Of a stretch of DNA of 64,000 nucleotides, positions 38,191 through 48,886 are shown in pieces (within the stretch, counting starts at the first letter, position 1; every line of letters begins with the position of its first letter). This DNA comes from an uncultured delta proteobacterium (GTDB taxonomy: Bacteria > Desulfobacterota > RBG-13-43-22), in contig CAWBOS010000012.1 of NCBI GenBank assembly GCA_963790475.1, positions 832,001 to 896,000 on the forward strand. The letters are read 5' to 3'. Below the pieces are notes generated by a model that had not been told where the DNA came from, did no database searches, and worked only from the letters and a program-made list of their open reading frames with translations. The position numbers were made by a program, and so were the translations under genes.

Positions 38191-38751
38191 ATGGCCAAAA
38201 AACTGCTGGCTGAGGCCGGTTACCCCAATGGGTTCACCTTCAAGGCTCAAATCCCAAATGCCAGTCAGGAACGTATGGATCTGGCCCAAATGGTAGTGGC
38301 TTATCTTGCTAAGATCGGGGTGACCCTGGTGTTGGACCCTTTGGATTATCCTTCCTGGCTCAGCCGGATGACCAAGAAGAACCACTCGGAAGGGATCTTC
38401 TTTGACAACGATCACGGGACTCCTTACGCCGGAATTCGCAAGAATTTCTCGACCGGCAACACCTGGAATCCCCACATGATGAGCGATCCCTATGTGGACA
38501 AGACCCACAGCGAGGCCGTTGAAAACCCGAAACTGAGCGAAAAGCAAAGTCTGGCGGTGATGAAAAAACTAGCGGTTTATTGCCTGGATCAAGCCCCGGC
38601 CATCATACTTCCTACCCCCCATGTTTATACCGCCTGGTGGCCCTGGGTCAAAAATTATTACGGGGAGCAGCGTGTTGGTGCACAAAGAGCTAATCCCATC
38701 ATGGCCCGTATATGGATAGATCAAGAATTGAAAAAGAAGATGGGATATTGA
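38191..38751 (+). pseudogene. C-terminal fragment of an oligopeptide-type ABC substrate-binding protein
   Basis: AKKLLAEAGYPNGF...WWPWVKNYYGE...WID; N-terminal part absent. Confidence 0.75.
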
Positions 38752-38920
38752 TAAGAAGCAAATATCTGATAAAGGCCTTCAGGGGGTGTTTCCTTGAGCG
38801 CACCCCGTATTTGAAGGGAAAGCGGGACTTCTTAAAAAAGCAAATAACTTGATGAGGTAGTGGGAGAAGGCGACGGGGTGGTGAACAAATTGAATCAGGA
38901 TCTGATCCCCACTTTTTCAG

Positions 38921-40138
38921 TCACTCGATGATTCCGGACTTCCTTAAATCGGCGATATCCTGCTCGGAGTATCCAAGTTCTCTCATAATCTGATCCGTGT
39001 GCTCCCCGAGATCGGGAGCCCTGCTCGTTACTCTCGAGGGAGTCTTGGAGAGCTTGATCGGGTTATTAATCATTCGGACCGGACCATGCCGGGGATGGTC
39101 CCAATCAACAAAGATATCGTTGGCCCGGGCCTGTTCTTCCCGGGTCACCTCCAAGGGAGTCATCACCGGTGCCCAGATAAGTTTGGTCCGGGAGAGAATC
39201 TCAATCCATTCAGCATAGGTCTTGCCGCAGAAGATCTTCTCAATCAGTTCCACCAGCTCTTCCGCGTTTTTCGTCCTGGCCTCGGAGGTGGCGAAACGCG
39301 GATCCTTTTCCAGTTCCGGGAAGCCGGTGGCCAGGCAGAAGGCTGGCCAATAGGGCTGGGAATTCGTCATGCCGAGCATGATCCAGCGGTTGTCCCGGGT
39401 CGGGTAATTATTGCGGATAGGGTTAACGACGGCACGGCGGCGGGGCAGTTCCAGATCCTCACCCGTGGCCAAACAGCCGGAGATATCGAAGCCCAGGGAC
39501 CAGACGCCGGAGTTGAAAAGGGAAACGGAAACCTCCTGCCCTTGCCCGGTCCTTTCGCGGATGTAAAGGGCGGCCATGATTCCGGCCAACAGGTGAATGG
39601 ATGTGGTGCTGTCGCCATAGGCAGGCCGGGAGACGGGAGGCGGATCATCATCCTCGTGGAGCAGATGCATCACCCCCGTACGCGCCCAGAAGGCGACGGA
39701 ATCATAACCGCCGGTGTTCCTCATGGGACCCCTCTGCCCATATCCGGTCAGGTTGGCACAGATGATCCCCGGATTGATCCCGGACAGGATCTCATAGGTC
39801 AGGTTGAATTTTTCCATCTCGTAGGGCCGCAGATTGTTAAGGAAGACATCCGCGGAAGCGATAAGCTTATGCAGGATGGCCTGACCCGCAGGGGTCCCCA
39901 TGTCAATGACCATACTCTTCTTGTTTCGATCGGCGTGCTCCCAGAGAAAATTCATCTGAGAGAGATTACCTGTCTGGCTGATCCGCATCCCTACAAAATG
40001 ACGCTGTATGTCCCCACGGCCGGGTGGTTCCACATGGATAATCTCCGCACCCCAGGAGCTCATGAGCATCCCGGCCAAGGGCATGGCCGCGACTCCTCCT
40101 ACCTCGACACCTTTAATCCCTTCCAATCCATTTCGCAT
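38921..40138 (-). CDS. Family III CoA-transferase (CaiB/BaiF)
   Basis: GAEIIHVEPP.GD, RNKKS, GYD, APDLGEHT. Confidence 0.93.
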   Translation of the reverse strand: MRNGLEGIKGVEVGGVAAMPLAGMLMSSWGAEIIHVEPPGRGDIQRHFVGMRISQTGNLSQMNFLWEHADRNKKSMVIDMGTPAGQAILHKLIASADVFLNNLRPYEMEKFNLTYEILSGINPGIICANLTGYGQRGPMRNTGGYDSVAFWARTGVMHLLHEDDDPPPVSRPAYGDSTTSIHLLAGIMAALYIRERTGQGQEVSVSLFNSGVWSLGFDISGCLATGEDLELPRRRAVVNPIRNNYPTRDNRWIMLGMTNSQPYWPAFCLATGFPELEKDPRFATSEARTKNAEELVELIEKIFCGKTYAEWIEILSRTKLIWAPVMTPLEVTREEQARANDIFVDWDHPRHGPVRMINNPIKLSKTPSRVTSRAPDLGEHTDQIMRELGYSEQDIADLRKSGIIE

Positions 40139-40226
40139 AAACCACCTGCTGATTCGCCCTTCCCCCTTTGAAAAAAAGGCTGATTTATTATTGAGATCTT
40201 AAATTGGCCATTGTCTAAAAACAAAT

Positions 40227-40405
40227 TTCACCGCCCACTCCCCCTGATAAAAACAGGACTCATTCGAGACGCCGGGTACGCCGAGTTAGTGATTTCACCT
40301 TTGCCTGTGAGAGGCAGGCAAAGGTAAAGGGCTCTTATTGCTTTCCGCCCTCTCAGCGGAAAGCAATAATATTCTTCTCTGCGCTCCCTGCGACTCTGCG
40401 GTGAA
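40227..40405. repeat. Composite palindromic element with TTCACCGC/GCGGTGAA ends
   Basis: Terminal IR plus an internal hairpin with a TGAGAGG loop; related element at 57720-57910. Confidence 0.6.
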
Positions 40406-40427
40406 TCTAATCTGCTATCTGCTCTTC

Positions 40428-41405
40428 TTATTGGGTGACCCCCTGAGCCCCACCCCCGGCAGCGGCTACGGCGGTTACCTTTTCCGCCTCTCGGCGGGTT
40501 ACACATTCTGCCCGTTCCAGCACATCGTTCACATGCTCCAAGTGAGCCACATCGATCATGCGGCCGTCCAGGGCCACTGATCCGTCTCCCCGGGCGAAGG
40601 CCTCCTCCAGGGCGGTTTTCACACGTTTGGCCGCATCCAGCTCGGCCGGGGTGGATTTGAAACCTTCGTTAACCGGATCACACCACAAGGGATGGATTTC
40701 AGGAGTCCCCCGGTATCCCATCATAAAGGATCGATGACAGACCTCTAATATGGCCTTGGGGTCCCCACTGGTATTCATTAGGCCTGCGCCGCCCCGGGGC
40801 ATCAGACCGGAGGCCTGTACCCCTGCGGCCCTGGCCGTAAAGAGCAGTTTGCCGGCTGGCCAGGAAAACTGGTCATAACTCAGATCCCGGGAAGGTGTAA
40901 AACCCAGGTCGCGGGCGAGGTCCACTCCCCCGATACTGCTCTGGACGATTCGGGGACTGGCATTGAGGATAGTCTCCATATTGACGACTCCGACAGCCGT
41001 CTCGATGAGCAGATCGAACTGAATGGACCCCACGGGAATTCCTCTCTCCTTCTCCAAGCCGGTCACCATGCTGTCGATTCTTTGGATCTCTTCCGCAGAT
41101 TCGCACTTGGGGATCATGATACTGACCAGGCCGGGGACGACGATTGAATCCAGGTCCTCCTCCTCCAGTCCCCGGTTGATCCGCACCTGGACCTCGGCCC
41201 CTCCTCGGCTTACGATGGGCATGGCGTCTTTGACCATTTTTCGGGCGGTTGTTTTTTCGGATGGAGGAACGGCATCTTCAAGATCAAGAATGATGCAGTC
41301 AGCCCCGCGCATCCAGGCCTTGATAATGAATTTTTCACGATTCACCGGAACAAAGAGCTTCGACCTGCGTACGAGCCGGAGAATCTTATCCCGCTTGGAA
41401 AGCAT
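40428..41405 (-). CDS. CitE/HpcH family acyl-CoA lyase
   Basis: RSKLFVP, ILDLEDAV, VRIN, IPKCES, LIET, GRMID. Confidence 0.9.
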   Translation of the reverse strand: MLSKRDKILRLVRRSKLFVPVNREKFIIKAWMRGADCIILDLEDAVPPSEKTTARKMVKDAMPIVSRGGAEVQVRINRGLEEEDLDSIVVPGLVSIMIPKCESAEEIQRIDSMVTGLEKERGIPVGSIQFDLLIETAVGVVNMETILNASPRIVQSSIGGVDLARDLGFTPSRDLSYDQFSWPAGKLLFTARAAGVQASGLMPRGGAGLMNTSGDPKAILEVCHRSFMMGYRGTPEIHPLWCDPVNEGFKSTPAELDAAKRVKTALEEAFARGDGSVALDGRMIDVAHLEHVNDVLERAECVTRREAEKVTAVAAAGGGAQGVTQ

Positions 41406-41924
41406 GGGATTCCCTCCTTTCAAGGTGGAGAAAATACAGGCGATGTTTTACTGGTGTTTCAATGGAAACGTAGCAGTCTTCCCTAAAAATGGATAGTTTC
41501 CTTGGAGAAATCAACCTTAAATAATTATATAATAGAATTTCCTTTACTATGGAAGAAGTATAAGAGAAGGAAAAGACACGGTCAAGACAAAACCAAGTCT
41601 TGAAAGCAAAGGGAAGGAAATGGGTGATCCGAATAATCTATCTTAAGTTCAAGGACATTAGGGTTAAGGGCTCTGGTCTTTTTGCCACGGGATTAAATCT
41701 CCTGTCGACATGAAAACGATTACCGGACTCTGAAGTTTTTCCGAAAATTACTTCGCCTGATTGATTTAAACGATGTCACCTACAACTCTTGCTTGGGAGC
41801 TGGACTAAAAATTGAGAATTACCGTTCGAAATAGATAAGCAGCCCCAAAGTCCCTGGACGGCCACATCGAATGAATTGAGTATAAAAGAAGCCCAAAAAT
41901 GAGGGAAAGAGAAAAAGGAAAGAA

Positions 41925-42341
41925 TCAGCTGAAGCCTAATTCTTTGACGTTCTTAGGTAACACTTGATTTCCAGCCAGAATAGCGTCGATGGATTGAATC
42001 AATACGGCCCGGGGAGAATCCTTTGAAAGACACCAGCTTGCACCGGCCTTTAAGGCGGCAATCAGGTATTCAGGCGTTTTATGTACTGAGAAAACCAGGA
42101 CCTTAGTCCCCGGCCATTGTTTCTTGATTTCCCTGGTAGCGGCTATGCCGTCCATCCTGGGCATGGATAGATCCATCAAAACCAGGTCAGGATGGAATCT
42201 TTCGACAGAATTAAGGGCTTCCACCCCATCGGCCGCTTCACCGACAATATCGAAAGCCAGGAAGTGTGAAAGAATAGACCTTAATCCCTCCCGGAAAGCG
42301 GGACTGTCATCAACGATCAGAATACGGTGTACTTTATACAT
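41925..42341 (-). CDS. Stand-alone receiver-domain response regulator (NarL-type REC, no HTH)
   Basis: VDDS...MDLSMPRMDG...SK. Confidence 0.85.
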   Translation of the reverse strand: MYKVHRILIVDDSPAFREGLRSILSHFLAFDIVGEAADGVEALNSVERFHPDLVLMDLSMPRMDGIAATREIKKQWPGTKVLVFSVHKTPEYLIAALKAGASWCLSKDSPRAVLIQSIDAILAGNQVLPKNVKELGFS

Positions 42342-42522
42342 CAGTTAGGATAAAAAGGCCCCTTTTGATACTTTTAATAGGTTTAGATTAAGGGTATCAG
42401 AGATTTTAGGAAAAAAGAATGGTGGGAAAGCTGTATTTTCGGGGAGAAAGAGCTGTATTTTAAATCGGAGGGTTCCGAAAACCGATCTGGCGATCTTATT
42501 GAAGGGAGAGATTTCGAAAAAT

Positions 42523-44406
42523 TCAGATGGGCCAAACGGCCCGGACAACCGTTCCTTTTCCCTTAACGGAGTGGATGGAAAAAGAACCTCCTGAGAATTC
42601 AATCCGTTCTCTCATACTGGAGATCCCCAGGCCTTTTTTTGAAATCGTCCGGGAGGACAGACTTTCCAGATCGAATCCTTCTCCTTTATCACTGATACTC
42701 AGTTCTATGGTGCTGTCGACTTTTCGCAGTTCGAGATATACCAGGTCGGTCTTGGCATATTTGGCGATATTATTCATGGCTTCCTGTGTGATCCTAAAGA
42801 GAGCGATTTTTAGATGATCCGGCACATCCTCTTCCCGGATAGTAATTGCTTGTTCAACCTTGATACCAGAGTAAATCGTTTCAAATCTCCTGCAGAACCA
42901 GGAAAAGGTGGCTATGATACCCAGGTCGTCTAAAAGTGGAGGCCGTAAATCAGCCTGAATTCTTCGGGCCTCTTCAATCGTATCCTGGATGATGGGGATT
43001 AGGGTTTCCAGAGAATTGGAAATATTCGAGGTTCCGTCCTTCGGAAAATGTTGTAAAGCCTCTTCCGCCTTAAATTTAATGGCAGTTAAGTTCGACCCCA
43101 GGATATCGTGAACTTCCAGGGCGATCCGTTTCCTTTCAATCTCCTGGGTGGAGAGGATCTGGGAGGCCAGAATTCGCAGTTGGTTTTTTGATTCCTGCAA
43201 GGTCTGCTCCATCTTCAGTCGTTCCGCGATTTCGATGGTCAGCTCTTTATTGCTTTGAGCCAATTCAGCAGTTCGCTCAAGAACCCGGACTTCCAGTTCG
43301 TCATGCGATTTACGTAGCTCTTCTTCCATCTGTTTGCGTTCGGTGATGTCTATAATGAACCCCCGTAAGCGGACGGACTCGCCGTCACGAATAACAGGCG
43401 TCGAAAAAACCAAGGAAGGAAAAACGCTCCCATCCTTTCTCAGCATTAGGTACTCGTTTGAACGTATATAGCCGTCCTTCAAAATTCTTTGAATGTTTTC
43501 CCATGCCCGACCCCGATCATCGGGAGTAACCGCGTCCAACACATTCAAACCTACTGCAAAATCCGCTTGGGTGTATCCAAAGCTCTTAAAGGCATTCTGG
43601 TTCCAAAAGGTGAGAAGGCCCTGTTGATCTATTTCAAAAACGATTTCAGGCAACAAATCAGCAAAATTCCTGAAACGCGCCTCGCTCTCCCGTAGCGCCT
43701 TCTCCTCCTGCTTGCGCTTAAGCGCCACGCCAATACTTGCACTGATCCCCTCGAAAAAATGGATCATATTGAGAGTGAAACGATCTTTTTCCCGGTCATT
43801 TAGTTGTAGCAGGCCGATGATCTCCTGATTTTCGCGGATAGGAATCAGCGCCACAGAGATGAAGCCTTCATGCACACAGCGGTTTCGTGGATGAAGTCTC
43901 GGATCCTGGTCAGGTGATAGATCTAATAATGTCAAGGAGTTGTTTGTCCAGGCGCTTCCACCTGGCGTAAAAAGGGGGTTTGTCGGATCGGTCTGTCCGG
44001 ATATTACCAAGCCACAGGTGCATTCAAGAATATAGTTGCGATCTTTATCCTTGCAAGGCCAGCCATCTTTGGTGCGAACAACCAGCGTGTTCTCTGTAAG
44101 AAGAAAATCATTCGAAAAACCTTCCTGGACAAAATACGGGAAGTCGTCACTGCTTCGGAGGCGAATCCCAACGGCTTCGAATCCCGTTTCCCGCTTTATT
44201 GCTGAGAGAATGAGGCTAATCGCATCAGTTAAAACAGATGGGTTGTTTAGAATGCCCAGGATTTCAGCCGTAAGTTGTTGGTAACGCTCTGCCTGCATAT
44301 GTGCTTTGGTTGATTGTTCCAGTTCCTCAATTTTCTGCTTTAAGACAGAGATCTCTTCCACCTGTTCTTCATATGTCCTGGATAAATCTTTCACCCGACT
44401 CTCCAA
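42523..44406 (-). CDS. GAF-PAS sensor histidine kinase (HisKA_3)
   Basis: ERKRIALEVHD, QEAMNNIAKYA, DKGEGF, GLGISSMRER. Confidence 0.92.
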   Translation of the reverse strand: MESRVKDLSRTYEEQVEEISVLKQKIEELEQSTKAHMQAERYQQLTAEILGILNNPSVLTDAISLILSAIKRETGFEAVGIRLRSSDDFPYFVQEGFSNDFLLTENTLVVRTKDGWPCKDKDRNYILECTCGLVISGQTDPTNPLFTPGGSAWTNNSLTLLDLSPDQDPRLHPRNRCVHEGFISVALIPIRENQEIIGLLQLNDREKDRFTLNMIHFFEGISASIGVALKRKQEEKALRESEARFRNFADLLPEIVFEIDQQGLLTFWNQNAFKSFGYTQADFAVGLNVLDAVTPDDRGRAWENIQRILKDGYIRSNEYLMLRKDGSVFPSLVFSTPVIRDGESVRLRGFIIDITERKQMEEELRKSHDELEVRVLERTAELAQSNKELTIEIAERLKMEQTLQESKNQLRILASQILSTQEIERKRIALEVHDILGSNLTAIKFKAEEALQHFPKDGTSNISNSLETLIPIIQDTIEEARRIQADLRPPLLDDLGIIATFSWFCRRFETIYSGIKVEQAITIREEDVPDHLKIALFRITQEAMNNIAKYAKTDLVYLELRKVDSTIELSISDKGEGFDLESLSSRTISKKGLGISSMRERIEFSGGSFSIHSVKGKGTVVRAVWPI

Positions 44407-44712
44407 TGGTGATAGTTATAATGCCGAGATATATCAAAATATTAAAAACAATACAGGAAGGTATCCTGAGATGTCAAGGAGATATACATATAACGGACGG
44501 TTGTCTAAAGCTTGATTATATGAATGGACAACTACCGTTCCACAGAGTAACGTGGCCAACCTTACGGTTCTTTGATAATTTAGCAATAGAATAGTGTTTT
44601 GGGGGGGGAATTCAACAGAGAAACAACGATTACCGTTCGAAATCTTGTCTTTTTTCAAAAATGCAATTTTAACGAGTTCAGGAAGCTAATTGTCAACCGT
44701 CTTTTCCGAGCA

Positions 44713-45732
44713 TCAATCCAGCGTTATTCCCCTCAGTTTTTGGAATAGATGTTCTTCCCGATCGGCGATATCCATAAGGACATCGGCTGCAGTGCGGTAG
44801 GAATCGTCCACCCCGGCCCGGTTCTTGAAAATACGTACGGCAATGACAGCGAATTCACGCCACCGGTCACCGACTTCCGTCATTTCTCTGGACCTGTCGT
44901 TCAACCAGGGCTGGTTTAGTTCTTTGGCGGCCTCCTGCAGAAAGGCGGCATAGATAAAACGAAATCCGGCCCCACCCGTACCGATCTCTTCCAGCATGCG
45001 AACAATCTGTCCCAGGTAAAGAGAGGCCTTCTTCGGTCCCAATTTTTCAGGCCATTTCCGCATCCTGCGCGCCAAAAAACGGATCCCTTTGGCCCCGATC
45101 AAGGGGACGGGGGTTCGGAGCATAACATCGCCGGTCTTCCGGATGGCGAGGACAATGGCTTTTTTCAGATCAAAGGACGAAGGAATTTCCGTCATGAAAT
45201 ACATCTGTCCTTTGGGCGCGAAAACCCCTTTGGCAAAGCGGACCCGCATCAGATCCTCATAACTTAGTCTCTGGATATCCTCCAGGATCGGGTCACTGAT
45301 CAGGTATTCTCCATTTTCCTTTCCGATGACTACGATATTGTGGGCATTGAAATGAAATCGGAAGGCTTTGGGGAAATAGGTCAGATGGAATACCCCAACC
45401 TTGCAACCGGTAGGGATGCCTTGCTCCAGGTTCTTATCCAAGGCTTCCATGGACTGCCTGGGATCTTTAAATTCCCTCCGTTGAAAGCGGACCCCCAGGC
45501 GGCGATTGGCCTTACTGAAAATCGTTCCCATCCAAGGTCGAAAGGTGATCAGTGGAATACCATTAACCTTTATAAAGGGTAGAAAGCCGAAATATAGCCC
45601 TGATCCGATCCCGAAGACCATCGCTTCGCTTAGATTAACATTGTAGAACCTGAGAAGGTTTGAGGTAACGCCGGTCTCGCAATGGGCCGCCGGGCGATGA
45701 TCAAAATTAATTTGAATATCCTTGGAGTTCAT
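44713..45732 (-). CDS. BtrH-like peptidase-fold protein with DUF4872
   Basis: HCETG, FGIGSGL, FHFNAHN, EEIGTGGAGFR. Confidence 0.85.
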   Translation of the reverse strand: MNSKDIQINFDHRPAAHCETGVTSNLLRFYNVNLSEAMVFGIGSGLYFGFLPFIKVNGIPLITFRPWMGTIFSKANRRLGVRFQRREFKDPRQSMEALDKNLEQGIPTGCKVGVFHLTYFPKAFRFHFNAHNIVVIGKENGEYLISDPILEDIQRLSYEDLMRVRFAKGVFAPKGQMYFMTEIPSSFDLKKAIVLAIRKTGDVMLRTPVPLIGAKGIRFLARRMRKWPEKLGPKKASLYLGQIVRMLEEIGTGGAGFRFIYAAFLQEAAKELNQPWLNDRSREMTEVGDRWREFAVIAVRIFKNRAGVDDSYRTAADVLMDIADREEHLFQKLRGITLD

Positions 45733-46145
45733 TTCTCTTCAGCAGTTCTCATGAAATCCGTTAAGGCCTCGAAGGGGATACCGAAGATGTCGGCATATCG
45801 TCGCAAGACCTCTTCATCCATTTTCGCAAACCCGTCGGGCTTGAGGTGTCTTCGGACCTTCCTTTTGGGCAGGCCGATATAAGTGGCCAGAAGCTTCTCG
45901 TCCATCATATTTTTTTCCATGTAGTAGGCAATCGGGCTGAGCTTGCCCTGCAAGATCTGCTGCCTGGTTTCTTTCATCTTTTCATGGATTACATCCCAGG
46001 CCTGCAATAAGGCCGCATTTTTAGGAGCCCAACCGCAGCTCGGGACCGTTACATAGTTCCCATTTTCATCCACGGCATAACTCAGGTCCATCTGTCTGCC
46101 TTCCATTAAACCATCATCATCCTGGGGTACTTCATGCTTTTTCAT
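45729..46145 (-). CDS. Conserved hypothetical protein of dar/flexirubin-type clusters
   Basis: EVPQD...YAVDENG...SPIAYYM...VRRHLKP. Confidence 0.7.
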   Translation of the reverse strand: MKKHEVPQDDDGLMEGRQMDLSYAVDENGNYVTVPSCGWAPKNAALLQAWDVIHEKMKETRQQILQGKLSPIAYYMEKNMMDEKLLATYIGLPKRKVRRHLKPDGFAKMDEEVLRRYADIFGIPFEALTDFMRTAEEK

Positions 46146-46218
46146 AGGGTGTTTTTTAAGAAACTACTCCCTCCTGTTTAATGTCGGGGCAAAAGGGGAG
46201 CAAAACTGCGCTAATAAA

Positions 46219-47358
46219 TCATACGACCGTCAGTAGGGTGTAGACATAGGAAAACCGGGCACTCTCGGGAACCAAGGTCAGGATTTGCTGGCCTTTTTTC
46301 AATTGATCCGAATGGTAAAGCTCTTCCAGCATGCAATATACCGAGGCCGATCCTATATTACCCAAACGGGTAAGGTTAGTGAACCATTTTTCCTGCGGGA
46401 TGTATACCCCTTGATCTCGGCTGTCGGCATCTAAACGGGACCGGAAATATTCGGAGGACAAGTGCGGTAAAAAGAATGAAATCTTATCGAGATTTAAATC
46501 GCGCTTTTTAGTAATACTCTTCAGAAACAGATTGTTCTGGCGGACGGCGTAGCTGTCCAGCATTTTTATGTCCTGCCTTACCGAGAGGAGCGAACGCTCC
46601 AGCAGTTCATTGGCTTCGAATTCCCGCCAGCCCTTGATCTCTCCGTTTTCAAGTTTTTCACCACCGGCATACATGCAGGTTTCGAACTGGTTGGCAAAAG
46701 AAGCTATTTCAATCCAATCGATCCTGAGGGAAAGGCCCTTTGGGTTGGGTTTATTCTGTAACAGAGCGGCACCGGCTCCATCGGAAAGCATCCAGCGCAA
46801 GAAGTCCTTTTCAAAGGCCACGATCGGTTGCTGTTCTAGCAAGGCGAGCTTCTCCGTCTCTTTTTCAAAATTGCGAGCCCGCATATAGGTGGACATCAAT
46901 TCCGACCCGGTGCAAACGGCATTGTTCTTCTCTCCGGATAGGACGGCCAGGAAAGCATATTTCATGGCCTGCATTCCACAGACACAAGCACCGCTGGGTG
47001 AATTAATCTCAATGGGTTTCCCGCCCAACTCCCCGTGAACCATAGAGGCATGGGACGGCATCAACTGGTCTTGGGAACTGGTACCGCAAGAGAGAAGCTC
47101 GATGTCTTCAACCGTGAAGTGGTCATTGAGCAAACCCCGGACGGCCTCAGCGGTCATTTGGGCATTGGAATGGGTTAAACGGCCGTTCTCGTCCAGGGCA
47201 TAATAGCGGGTTTTGATCTTATTATTACGGAGAACAATCGCTTTGGCCTTCGAAGGTCGGCCATCAACCCGGCCCAGGTATTTTTCCATAGCGTCGTTGG
47301 TCACCGGCCGGTTGGGCAAAAATTTTGCTAAACGGGTTATATAAACTTCGTTTGGCAT
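46219..47358 (-). CDS. darB: DarB/StlD-type beta-ketoacyl synthase III
   Basis: Catalytic GAC, DFLRWMLSDGAGA, PHLSS, GNIGSAS, VPESARFS. Confidence 0.88.
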   Translation of the reverse strand: MPNEVYITRLAKFLPNRPVTNDAMEKYLGRVDGRPSKAKAIVLRNNKIKTRYYALDENGRLTHSNAQMTAEAVRGLLNDHFTVEDIELLSCGTSSQDQLMPSHASMVHGELGGKPIEINSPSGACVCGMQAMKYAFLAVLSGEKNNAVCTGSELMSTYMRARNFEKETEKLALLEQQPIVAFEKDFLRWMLSDGAGAALLQNKPNPKGLSLRIDWIEIASFANQFETCMYAGGEKLENGEIKGWREFEANELLERSLLSVRQDIKMLDSYAVRQNNLFLKSITKKRDLNLDKISFFLPHLSSEYFRSRLDADSRDQGVYIPQEKWFTNLTRLGNIGSASVYCMLEELYHSDQLKKGQQILTLVPESARFSYVYTLLTVV

Positions 47359-47404
47359 ATTGAAATTATCCGTTCCTTTCTATCAAGTATGGTTTGACTT
47401 AATA

Positions 47405-48322
47405 TTATTCCACCTGTGAATAATAGTCCTGGAGCCTCTTTGTCTTTTTATAAAAGATCTTCTGGGTTAACCAGGAAACTAAGGAGATAAAGGGAGGAAG
47501 GAGAAATGCTCCGGAAAACAGATAATATTTGAAGAGTTTCAATCGAAATTCCCGCGCAGGATCCCAAGGGCCCCCCTTTTTCAGCACGTATTTCGACCAG
47601 AACTCGAACATCATCCGTCCCCTCTTCTCAATACTCATCAGAATGGGGTTGACCTTAACGGCCCCCTTTTCCAGAAGGTGATCCTGGAGTTTTTTTGTTT
47701 GTCCAAGACGAAATGCTTCCCGGATTACTTCGCCAAATTTCGCAGACTCCCGAATACTTTGTTCAGGTACACCGGCTGGAGGGAAAAGACCGCTGATCAA
47801 TCCTTTTCCTTTCGACACGCCTTTTGACATCCAGAGTACAATCGTCACTATACTTACCAGATTCGGATGGGGATCGACCAGCACAATATTACCGACCAAT
47901 GTACCCCCCAGACCCCGGATTTGTTTTTTCACGCTTTCCTGGGCCATGATCCACATATTCCGGACCCCCAGAATGGTGATGACCGGTTTGCCTTTCAGGA
48001 CTTTCCCGGCCGCGGGTGACTGAAGAAAGGCGGCAAATGGGATGGAGGGAGACAGATACCAGACCTGATAAGCCAGAATGACCAAGTCGAAATCCTGATC
48101 CGGATTGAATAATAAAGGTTCTAAAGCACAGGGAATCTCCTGAACGGATTCCGGAAAAGCTTGGAAGAATTGCATCCCCCGCCAGGGAAACGGATAGGGA
48201 GGAAGGGGTCTAAGCTCTTCAAAAATCAGCTCAAAATCCTCCTGCAGCGGACTTGTGACAGAATCCAATATCCTTTTCATCTGACCGGTCTGGGAATAGT
48301 ATATTATGAGTGCTTTTTTCAT
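47405..48322 (-). CDS. darA: Dialkylresorcinol-condensing enzyme DarA
   Basis: YYSQTGQ, YPFPW..FF..FPE, YQVWYLSPS, RNMW. Confidence 0.85.
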   Translation of the reverse strand: MKKALIIYYSQTGQMKRILDSVTSPLQEDFELIFEELRPLPPYPFPWRGMQFFQAFPESVQEIPCALEPLLFNPDQDFDLVILAYQVWYLSPSIPFAAFLQSPAAGKVLKGKPVITILGVRNMWIMAQESVKKQIRGLGGTLVGNIVLVDPHPNLVSIVTIVLWMSKGVSKGKGLISGLFPPAGVPEQSIRESAKFGEVIREAFRLGQTKKLQDHLLEKGAVKVNPILMSIEKRGRMMFEFWSKYVLKKGGPWDPAREFRLKLFKYYLFSGAFLLPPFISLVSWLTQKIFYKKTKRLQDYYSQVE

Positions 48323-48886
48323 TTGACGGGTAATGGTTATTTAGAATGATTCACCTAAAGTTGTCAATCTAAAATTATAAAACAGCCATTTTCCCCCGAA
48401 ATCATCGGGCTTATTATAATCTTTTAAAAAAGTATTAATGTTTATGCTTAGTTCGATATTTACAAATATGGGAAGGGGAATTCCAGAAATACAAAGCAGT
48501 GAGCCGGGGAAATCCCGAGATCTTGATTTAAGGTTTCCTCATAGAAAAGAATCTGGGAATCCGGGTAGTCTATTTGAAGGGGAAAATTTTTATTTTGGGT
48601 AGGAGGCTCCGATGAGTTCGCTCCGTTCATTACCGTTCGCACTATTCCATTTTTATGAATTGGAGACTCGGAAGATTTCAGGAAGGTATTCACCCATTGC
48701 TTATCGAACGAGTCATGGACGTTTGACAACCCCTGCGTGCCTTCCTCTTAGGGGGCGAACTTGGCAAGTCGCTCCCCCCCTCAGATGAAGCGGGTCAAAA
48801 AATACAAAAATATATGGTAAGGGAAGCAGGACCTCTTTTCGCATAGACGTTGTATCTAACACCCCGATATTGACAAGAAAATCATG

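Noticed and set aside
38999-40171. Long antisense ORFs (also 12812-13501, 30531-31259, 31407-32237, 53533-54291, 58295-58990)
   Set aside because: Shadow frames opposite well-supported genes, with no motifs of their own.
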